Virus record (IMG/VR): IMGVR_UViG_3300008255_000393
Location: 1 to 27,643 of that record
Source of the DNA: a virus
Taxonomy: Duplodnaviria; Caudoviricetes
DNA: 27,643 nt
Reading direction: 5' to 3' (one strand)
Shown: one piece after another, positions 15,631 to 26,200 of the stretch
How the letters are laid out: every line of letters begins with the position of its first letter
Numbering within the stretch: position 1 is the first letter of the stretch
Notes under the pieces: generated by a model
What the model was told of the DNA's origin: nothing
Databases searched by the model: none
Seen by the model: the letters and a program-made list of their open reading frames with translations, nothing else
Translations under genes and position numbers: made by a program

Positions 15631-16413
15631 ATGGGTTTAAGTCCATCTACAGACAATTATACTCTTGGTAAAGGCGTCGTCTATTTCAACCGGAAAGACA
15701 GTGAGACCGGATTGAGTACTGGCGAACGTGATCTTGGGAACGCCCCGTCGTTCTCTTTTAACATTGCACTTGAAAAATTGCCTCACTATTCCTCACGAGG
15801 TGGTTTGAAATCGAAAGATAAAGAGATTGTTTCTCAGATGACTCCGGCTATTGCATTTACGCTGGATGAAGTCAATGCAGACAACCTTGCATTGCTGACA
15901 CTTGCTGATGTCGAGACAGTTGAGCAGGTTGGTAATTCTGTAATTGATGAAACGCACAAAGCATATCTTGGAAAGCGTATTTCACTGAATTATCGCGGGA
16001 TTTCTGCTGTAACTGTAAAAGATGCTGATACAGGCATGACTACTTATGATGCTGGTGTAGATTATAAAATTGATACCTCTCTTGACGATGCTAAAATTGG
16101 TCGTATTTTGATTCTTCCAAGTGGAGATATTACTGAGGGTCAAAGTCTCGATATTAGTTACACCTATGCAACTGTTACTTACACTCGAATCAAAGCTTTT
16201 GCACAGACACAAGTTGAGGGTTTTCTCCGATTCGTATCTGATAATCCCGCTGGTGATCAGCAAGAACTTAAAATTTGGCGTGTTTCTCTTACCCCTGCTG
16301 GTGATACTGCTATGATTGGTGACGATTGGTCAACTCTTGGCTTTACTGGTGAGGTATTGAAAGATTCCACTGGTCATCCTGATTCCCCGTACATGGATAT
16401 TATTATGACTTAA
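15631..16413 (+). CDS. major tail (tube) protein
   Basis: NYTLGKGVVYF, RDLGNAP.FSF and SLTPAGD..MIGDDW motifs; AAGGAGG RBS; no sheath gene nearby. Confidence 0.85.
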   Translation: MGLSPSTDNYTLGKGVVYFNRKDSETGLSTGERDLGNAPSFSFNIALEKLPHYSSRGGLKSKDKEIVSQMTPAIAFTLDEVNADNLALLTLADVETVEQVGNSVIDETHKAYLGKRISLNYRGISAVTVKDADTGMTTYDAGVDYKIDTSLDDAKIGRILILPSGDITEGQSLDISYTYATVTYTRIKAFAQTQVEGFLRFVSDNPAGDQQELKIWRVSLTPAGDTAMIGDDWSTLGFTGEVLKDSTGHPDSPYMDIIMT

Positions 16414-16442
16414 TTGGTTCTTTAAGAACTAACTGTTATTGT

Positions 16443-16475
16443 GTAACAGGGGACTAATACTCCCCTGTTACTTTC
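16443..16475 (+). terminator. intrinsic terminator after the tail tube gene
   Basis: Perfect 11-bp stem gtaacagggga / tcccctgttac with a 7-nt loop and a short T run. Confidence 0.7.
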
Positions 16476-16503
16476 ATAAAAGCCGAAAGAAGGAAAGAAG
16501 AAA

Positions 16504-16956
16504 ATGGCTAAGAAAGAAAGACAAAGACTCAAAGTTGATCTCCTAGAATTATTCCCAGGAGATACCCTCAAGATTGGCGAACAGACTTTAATGATCCGCC
16601 CACTCGGTGCTGGACAGATCGCCACTATCATAAAAAAATTCAAAGCCCTTACTGAATCCTTGAAAAAGGATGATGTTACCTGGGAAAATTACAACGAACC
16701 TGAAAGTTTGCTGAAAATTGCAACGAAGATTATTGATGATTTTCCAGAAATCTTGGAAGAGAGTTCTAATATTGCTTCTGAAGATTTGCAGGAACTTCCA
16801 ATTGAGGTTATTGTTCAGATCCTTGATAAGGTAATAGAGGTCAATATGGCCGCTAAAGATTCCTTAGTGGGAAACTTCACAAGCTTGATGGGGAGATTCA
16901 CGAAGATGATTCCGGGGAGCAAGACAAAGGAATCATTAGAGCCGTCCAAAAATTAG
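16504..16956 (+). CDS. tail assembly chaperone (lambda gpG-like)
   Basis: Lies between the tail tube and tape measure genes; contains an in-phase slippery heptamer. Confidence 0.8.
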   Translation: MAKKERQRLKVDLLELFPGDTLKIGEQTLMIRPLGAGQIATIIKKFKALTESLKKDDVTWENYNEPESLLKIATKIIDDFPEILEESSNIASEDLQELPIEVIVQILDKVIEVNMAAKDSLVGNFTSLMGRFTKMIPGSKTKESLEPSKN

Positions 16957-17240
16957 TATCCAACGGACACTCTTGGTCAAGCATAAAAGAATACAGTTTA
17001 TCAGAAATTGGGATTTTCTATAGAGCTATTATCTTAGATGAGGAAGATAGAAAGTCTGAAAATCTCACTGATTTATGGATTGGTGCAAATCTGAAGTATG
17101 AAGGATTGCAGGAAGTTCTTAAAAGTATAAGTAGAAAGGAAAAGCTTAAAAAGAAAAAAGCTGGTCATGATATTGCTGAAGTAAATAAAGATTGGAAAAG
17201 ATTAGCAGGATTTATTGGTAGTAGGAGACGAAATGGCTGA
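16869..17240 (+). CDS. frameshifted tail assembly chaperone extension (gpGT-like; fusion 16504..17240, ~245 aa)
   Basis: G GGA AAC at 16869-16875. The -1 frame is open from 16857 to TGA 17238-17240 with no ATG: LHKLDGE...QKLVSNGHSWSSIKEYSLSEIGIF... Confidence 0.85.
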   Translation, partial: GKLHKLDGEIHEDDSGEQDKGIIRAVQKLVSNGHSWSSIKEYSLSEIGIFYRAIILDEEDRKSENLTDLWIGANLKYEGLQEVLKSISRKEKLKKKKAGHDIAEVNKDWKRLAGFIGSRRRNG

Positions 17241-20200
17241 CAGTACAAAAAGAACTATTGAAATAGCGGTAAATGTAACTGGAGTTGAAAGTGCTGCTAA
17301 ATTAACCTCATTAGCTGAAAAGTTCACCACGTTGGCTGACGCTGCCAAGAATGTAACTACCTTACTTAATTCGTTTAAATCTGCTATTGATCAAATAAAA
17401 TTCCCAAAAGAATTTTCCAATGTAGTTGATTCATTAAAAGAATTATCAAAAGTAAAGAAATTACCAGATCTTGATAATATTGCAAAAGGCTTTGAAAAAC
17501 TGGGAAAGATTGGGAGTAATCTACCTAATCTTTCTCCTTTTATCACTGAGTTAAAGAAATTTGCTGGTGTCAAAGTTCCTAATATTACTCAAGTTGCTAA
17601 TGTAATTAAGAAACTAAATGAATCCACTTTAAATATAGGAGAAGCCACAACCCGTCTTAACAAGCTTTATTATAGCATTAAAAACTTTGACGGAATGAAA
17701 TTTCCGAATATGCACAGTTTCATTGGTGGATTTAAAGAATTTGAATCCCTAAAGATTGATGCTATTGCGACAAAGATAGGACAACTTGGAAGTGCTATAA
17801 GAAAACTTAGTGAATCAGGAAGTTTAAAACATTTTGCCACGTTTGCATCTGATTTACGAAATCTGTCTTCCAGTTTAGACAGATCTGTTCAATCAATGGG
17901 CAGAACTGAAACTGCTGTAAGATCATTGGGCAATTCATTTGATTCCGCAGGAAAACAAAGTAAGTCTTTTGGTGACCGTTTAAGAAATTATATGCAATAT
18001 CGTATTATAGCTGACACTATAATGGGATTACAGCAGGCATTTAGAAGCGGGATGTCTGCAATTTTCGAATACGATCAGGCACTAAAAGATTTACAAGCTA
18101 TTACAGGAGCAACCGGACTTGAAGTAGCCCAAATGGGCTTAAAAATAAAGGAAGTAGCATCAGGTACAAAATTCTCAGCTTCTGAAGTTGCTGAAGGTAT
18201 GAGAACTATTGGACAGGCTGGTTTTAGTGCTTCCGAAGCAATAGGCACAATGCAATCTGTCTCCGATCTTGCAACTGGTACTCTTTCTGACATGAGTACA
18301 TCTGTTGACTTGGTCACCACAGCAATGCGTGTATTTAATATAGATGCATCCCAATCAAGTCGTGTAAGTGATGTCTTTGCTAATGCTGTCAATAAGTCGA
18401 AATTGACAATCGACAAACTTAGGACCGCAATGAACTATGTTGGTCCTATTGCAAAAAATGCAGGTGTCACATTTGAAGAGATGTCCGCTGCAATGATGAC
18501 CCTTGCTAACTCCGGTATTCAAGCATCTAAAATTGGTACAGGTCTTCGAAGAGTGTTTGCTGAACTTCTTAGCCCTTCTGAAAAATTACAAGATGCTGCA
18601 CGTAATGCAGGAATAGCTTTACAAGAACTTGATCCTAGAACAGCTTCCCTTTCTGATGTATTCAAAAATCTTAAAATCGTTGTAAGTGATGCGGAAGTAG
18701 CTTTTAATCTATTTGGAAAACGTGGAACTTCTGCCGTTCTTGCACTTACCGACAGCAATAGCCAATTTGATAGTCTTCTTAATTCTGTAGGTAAATCAGG
18801 AACTGCCGCAGCAATGGCAGCAGTTCAGATAGAAGGTCTTGGAGTATCATTCAAGAACTTAAAAGATAAACTCGGATTACTTGCAATCGCAATTGGCGAG
18901 CTTGGAATAACCGATGTTCTTCGTGTTCTTATTGATGTATCAAAGAGTGTTGTCGATGCTATAACAGCAATTGCAGATACAGCACTTGCTAGATTTATAG
19001 GCAAAGGTGTTATATTTGTCGGTTCTATTTGGGCAATACATAAAGCTTTTGTCGCAATTCAAGCATTAAACATTGGCATGATTATAGGAGCTGCTGTCGG
19101 TAAAATGATTGCATTAACCGCTGCTACTATAACCGCTCAAGGTGCCGCCGCTGGATTACTTCTTGCTTTTAATCCGTTAATTGCTGTTTTTGCCGCTGCT
19201 ACCGCCGGATTAATTTATATGTTTTCAACTCTTGATAATGCAAAAGAGGCAGCAGAAGATGCAGCTATACTTGCCGATAAGTACGCAGCTCTTGGAAAGA
19301 CTTTCCAAGATCATAAAGTAGAAACTTCAAACATGGCAGAAGGTTCTAAAGAACTGAAAGAAGAAAATTTAAAATTAAGAGCATCACTTCTTGAAACCGC
19401 TTCAGGTATGTCCGAAATTTCAGATGAAGCTGCCGAAGCTGCTGCCAGTATAAATCCATTAACAGGCGAAATATATAAAAATGGAGAAGCACTTGAAAAA
19501 TATAATAATGAGCTATCACGATTAAGTTTTCAAAGTCTTTCGGATTCTGCCGGAGCTGCTGGAGATAATGTAGAAAAACAAACAAGCGGTATTAATAGAG
19601 TTGTAAACAGATGGAAGGATGCTTTTAATCAAGTGGGAACTCTTGGAGAAGGCGTTGGTAATTCAATAGTATCTGCATGGGAGGGTGATTTTAGTGCAAT
19701 TCCTGGAATAGTTGGAAAGGCCCTTTCCAAAACTTCTGAGTACAGTGAAGAATTTAAAAAAGCTTTTGATTTTTCAAAAGAGTTAAATAAAGGCAATAAG
19801 TCATTTAAGGAATTTTCAGATTATGTGAATTCACTTAATATGAGTAATCTTACAAATCAACAAAAAGATTTAGCGGAATCGTACAAATTGCTCAATGAAA
19901 GAACCGATAAATTTCTTTCTGGTCTTATCGAGTCAGGTAAAGTTGATCTGAATGATACAATCGAAAATATAAAAGGTATAGAAGAGGCTACAGAATTAAC
20001 AGGGATTGAGTTAGAAGCATTTATAGAAAAAATTAAAATATTGAAAGGTCTTGATTCCGGGGGATTTTCCAATGTAATTGAAAAGTGGGCTAATGATTCA
20101 GAACTTCTAAATGGAAGGGTATCAGATATGATACCTAAATTCATTGAACTTGGAGGAGAGATTGATGCGTCACAAGCAACACAGATAATCAACGGTGAGC

Positions 20201-23200
20201 GCATAATGCGTGATCTTGTTGATCAATACGGACAAGCCAAAGAAAATCTTGCTGCTGATCTCGCTGCCGGCAAAGATAAAGAAAAAGCATATAAAGAATT
20301 TTATGCTGTAGAAAAATCTCTTCTTAAACAAGCTGCTGACTTAAATGCTGAAACTGCAAAAAATACTGCGGCCCAGGTAATTATATCTCTACAAAAGGCA
20401 AAAGATGAACTTACAAAATCCCAGAATGAAATAAATGTCAAATACAAGGATAATATTGAACTTCTTGTAAAGTATTTGATGGAAGCTGAAACGAAATACG
20501 AAACTGCGAAAAGTAAAATTCTTGGTAATGTTGTAGACCCAAAAGAATTACTTGCACAATCAAAGACAATAGTAGGAGAAATTACAGAAACTTATGCAGG
20601 AATGTATAAAGATCTGGAACTTGAAGTCTTGAATAAAACCAAGACTGAAAAAGAAGCTGCTGCTATTCGTAGAAGTCTTGAACAAAAAGAAGCAAAAGAA
20701 ATAATCGATATATGGAATAACGCGAATAATCTTATTATAGCTCAAAATGATCCTGATTCGCCTGCTGTACGTTCTATAAATAATGCCCGTAGAGATGCAG
20801 CAATCGAACAAGGAAAAATTGAAGTAGAAATCTCTAAAGAAATTGCTGAGGAACAACTTAAAGCTAAACAGAATCTGTTTGATCGAGAAAAAGAGCAGAG
20901 AGAGACAAATTTTGCAGAATATATAACGATTATTGAACAACAAGAGCAAAAGGGTATTCTGACACACGAAGAAGCAGAAACAGCTAAAATGAACGCTTCT
21001 CTTGATCGATATGCGGAAGAATATCGAATGGCGAAAGAGTTTCATGATAAAATAGATGAGGGACAGAATCCTGAAGCCCATCAAGCAAGTTTAGATGCTT
21101 TGCTCAATGCTGAAGAAGCCTTTTATGAAGAGAAAGGAAAGTTTATTGAAACATACAATAAACAGGTAGAAAAACTTCATAATGATTTAGAAAATAAACA
21201 AGATGATCTTTTAAAACAGGAAAAGGCACATTCAGAGAAAATAAAAGACATTAATGATGATCTTGCCGATGATCTAATAGAAATTGCTGAAGATCTCGCC
21301 GAGAAAAAAACAGAAGCTGAATATCAATACACCATTGATGTTGAGGCGCTTGAGTATGATCTTGCCGACAAGATAAAAGATATCAAAAAGGATCTTGCTG
21401 ACGATCTAAAAGATATTGACGAAGAAATACTGGAAAATAAAAAGAAACTTAATGCTGAACTTCTTGATATTGAGAGTTCCACTAATGACATTGAAAAGGA
21501 CATACGTCAACGTGGAATGACTGATAGAGAGAAAAGTACCGATAATGAAAAATCGATTTACAGAGAACTTAAAACTATAAGAGAAGGAGTTGCTGAAGCT
21601 GAAAGAGCTGGAGATGCTGAAGCGATTAAACATTATCAAGATAGATTAAAAGAATTACAAAAAGAAAGCACTGGTATAGATGATAAGGGAAAAGCATTAA
21701 GTGCGCTTCATTCTGTTGAAAAGGATATGATAGCAACCACTAAATCTGCTGATTACGTTAAAACAATTGAACTTGAAAATGAAGCATTAAAGAAACAGGC
21801 AGAAGCAAAACAAAAAATACTGGATGCTGAACAAGATACTTCTCGCGCAAAAGCAATTCTTGATGGAAAATATGATCACGAATTAAGCCTCATTGATCAA
21901 GTCACAGATAAAAAAATAGCTTCCACAAAAAAGGCTTCTGCTGATGCGATTGAGGCTGAAAATTATCGCCATAATTTAGTTATGGACAATCTTGATACAG
22001 AGATTGCAAAGCTGAATGAAAAATTACAATATTCTTCTAATGCTGCTGCTGATGCTTCAAGCAGTGTATTAACAGAAGGTAGTGGTTCAGGCGCTGTCAG
22101 CGGCACATCTGGTAGCTCTGGCGGTGGTAAGTCCAATCCTATAGCTGAACAAGCAATACGGGCGAAACAGGCGATTGTCGAAATGGACACGCAAATGAAT
22201 GAAACCGCCACAAATATGATTCAGAAATCAAAAGAGATAGCAGATACGGGCTTTAGATCTATTGAAGAAAATGGTAAAATAATTTTTACGAATCTTAGCG
22301 ATGCGCAGAGAAACGCATTTCAAGTAATGGACGAGGCGATGACAGGTGCCTCTGAAAGCTCTATGACTGCAATCTCTGAAAGTACGAAACAAGGTGCCGC
22401 TCAAATTGTGGAAGCTGTTTCACAAATGAAGCAATCAGCTAGTGATACTGAGATTCCTATAAATGTTCAACAAAATCCAGAAATTCCTGATGTTCAATCA
22501 AAATTTCCTGAAGATGTAAAGGTTCCATTAAAGTTAGATGTTGATACAGTAAATAACGATGTAGGTGTGGTGACAAGTTCAATTATGGGACTTGCTAATG
22601 TTGCGGTCGCTCCTGAAATAAATTTAAACACAGAGGATGCTAATTCAAAGATAAAGTCAATTATCACAGACTTAGGCGCTTTAGCTGTTAGGGATGCAAA
22701 CTCAATAACCTTAGATACATCTGATGTTGATGTAGCTGCGCGTAAGATTTCGGATTTGTTTGATGGAATTGATCCAGTAGAGCCTAAACAGAAGCTACAG
22801 GATATGATTACGACTATGCACGGAATGGGACCTGCTAGTAGTCAAGTATTTAATTCCATGACAAAGGAAATAGTTGATTTTGCCAATACTATAGATGGTG
22901 TTGATGTCAGTATTGATATGAATAAAGTACTTGCCCCAGATACTTGGGCTAGGGGCTTTATGACTATTACTGATGGAGCAGGTAATCTTGTAGATAACTT
23001 GAACAAAAATGTACAGTCTAATCCAATAGATCTGTTTCCTAGAGATCAAACCTTAGATATAATAAGAAGAATTGATAATATTGCTGGAGCTGCTGAGTTA
23101 GTTCAGAAACAGTTAGATAAGGAATCTGAATTAAAATTAGATGTTACTGGAGCAGAAAGTAACATAGATAGGCTTGCAGATGAAGTAATTCCAAACGAAG

Positions 23201-26200
23201 AGTTAATGATGGAGGTATCTGGCGATACCGAACCAGTAGAGGGATCCATTGAAGGGCTTCAGCAACATTTACAGGATAATGGCCTAGATATTAAGATGGT
23301 GCCTGATACTCAAGATGCTGCTGCGGAATTTACAGCTTTTACTGAGAATCCTGAGTCTTATGTAATGCCTGTTGAAGTAAATTCTGGAGAATCAAAGGAA
23401 GAAATAAACGAGCTAAAGACAGAACTTTCCTCTATTGATGATTCAATTGAGCCTATAGATGCTGTTGTGAATAAGGAAGAATTAGATGCATTTGTGACAG
23501 AAGTAGATAATCTGGAAGATAAAGAAGTTTCTGTTAGTGCTTCAGGTGCAGTGAGAAGTGAGGAAGAAGTTGCTTTATTAGCTACGGCGATAAAAACCAT
23601 AGAGGATAAAGATGTTACGGTAGATGCGGAAATTACAGGTGATACTGAAGTTGCTCAATTAGGTGAAAATTTAATCGCACTTGAAGATAAAACTATAGCT
23701 GCTACTGCTGATGTTACAGGACTTGACGAAGTAGAAGAACTGTCACAATCTGTAGATGATCTTGATGATAAAGAAATTAAGATTGAAATAAGCTTAATGT
23801 CTGATGGAAATGATGTAGAGAAAAGAATTGATGCTGTAACAGATTCCATAACGGAATTTTCTAATATTGAGCCTGAAGTAACTTTCAATTTTGACATTGA
23901 TGAACTTGAAGACATTAAAGGGCTGATTGAAGAACTTGACGGTAAAGGAGTTCTGCTGCAAATTTCTGTGGAAGGTGAAGATGCTGTTCAACAATTATCG
24001 GATCTTTTATCTGAGATAAATGATAACTTTAATCCTCTTGACATTACCACAACTGTAGAAGTTGAGGGAAAAGAGGAAGTTGCAGCCTTAAAACTTTTGA
24101 TTGAAGAGATACAGGGACTAGCACAAAGAGTTATAAGAATTGTTGCTGAGGTTACTGGAACTTCTAAAGTTTATGAATTACGTGATGCCATAGCTTCTTT
24201 GCAGGATAAAATAGTGAACGTCACTACACGTTTTCATGAGGAAGGAAAAAGACCTTCTGGATACGCACATGGCGGAGAAGTTGAACAATACGCTGATGGT
24301 GGTAATGTTTTTCGAAGATTAGCAAATCGATACATAGGAACTGGATCAGGTCATAAAGATGATGTTCCCGCATTGTTGATGAAGGGCGAGTTCGTTCATC
24401 GTACCGCTGCTGTGCAAAAGTATGGTAAACGTTTTATGGAAATGGTTAACTCTGGCCTATATCCAGTTGAGCTGGCTAAAAAGGCTATATATAAATACGC
24501 TACTGGCGGTTCAGTAGATCTAAATATAAATCCAAGCATAGATACGACAGGTTTTGTACAACAGTTCGCTAGTGGCGGAATGGTTATGTCAAATATGCTG
24601 AGTTCTCTCAAGAAGAAATTATTTGAAATGCTGGGATCTTCTCTAGGTTCTGATGTATCATTGAACATAGATAAAGTCCAATTAAATAATGAGATAACAC
24701 AAAAGGCTGATAGTGTCACAAGTCAGCTTGGTGTAGATTCTTTAAAAACAATGGCTAATAATTTTGATGGGGCTGTTCAAAAATTGGCTTCTGGCGGAAG
24801 TATTAATGAAGAGCGTATTAAAATTGAAAAAGAAGCACAAGAAATCTACAATACGTACAATGAGCAGGTAGTAGAAGCAAAGAGGGATGGAAATGATGAA
24901 ATTGCAGCTATTTTGGCCGCTGAGAAAGAAAAGCTACAAGAAGTATCTGAGGCTCTTACTTCAGAATTAATTGCTATACAGAACACATATAATGAATCTG
25001 TTGCGCAAAAGGAAGAAGAAAGTGCGGAAGAGCAAGCTTCAATACAATCTGAATATGATCGGGATGCATCTGATGAAGAAGCGAGTTATGCAAGAGATGT
25101 CGAGGATGATGAACTTAATTATCGGACCCAAAAAGAGGATGATGAACTTGATTATCGGACCCAAAAAGAGGATTATGAACGTAATGTAGCAGAGGAAAAA
25201 GCTGAGTATCTTAAACAAGTAGATGAAGATACACTTGATTATGCAAGAGAAAAATCTGATTTTGATATTGATGCCATTAAATCAAAGGAAGATCTTGAAG
25301 AGAAATTAGCAGAAATAGAAGTAGAAATAGCTGATAATCAGGCTAAAATTCTTAGTGATTTAATGAAGGCTAGGGATGATGTTGATGAGAAGATAAAAGC
25401 GCTTAATAAGTTTGGGGAAAAGATAACCAATGTAAGAAATACAAATAATAGTAGATTCTTTAAAGATGGCTATTATCGTCCTGTAGAAAATTATTCATAT
25501 CTTGAGTTTGATGATGATATGAATAATTTCAGTCTACATAAATTTGAAAGCCTTATTAGATCATCTTACACAGGAGGTACTGGAAAATTAGGTACTGAGG
25601 GAGCTAAAGACGCTCAAAGAGAGCTTGAGGCTTTTTGGGATGAATTTACATTAGCTAATATCGCACTTCGTGAATACGGAATATCTGATGCTAGAGGATT
25701 GTTAGATGGTGGGTATGGTAGAGCAAGTGATCCTAGTGCTGAAATTTCAAAACAGCTCGGAATACTAATACCCAGTGGTGGCGGTAAGTCTGTACTTGAG
25801 AGCCTTTCAGAGATTTTAAATAAAAATATAAATGTTGGAAATGAAAATTCAAGTGCAGCAAAAAAAGAAAAGGAAATCAATGAGTATAATGAAAAAGAAG
25901 ATGAGCGTAAATCAGATTGGCAGAGATATGAAGAAGATTACAAACTTGAAACTGCTCAAAGAGATAATGAGCATTCTACCAATTTAGCAGACCTTGATTT
26001 CGATTGGGAACGTTATAATAACGAATTTAAAATTAATACTAACAGACGTGATGATGAGTATAAAATCAATACTAACAGACGTGATTATGATCATGATCTA
26101 AAATTATCTGATCTAAAAGAAAAGTATAATATAGCAATGTCAAATGATTCAGAATCATTGAAAGAAAGTCTTGCTGAATTTAAAAATACATATGATACAG

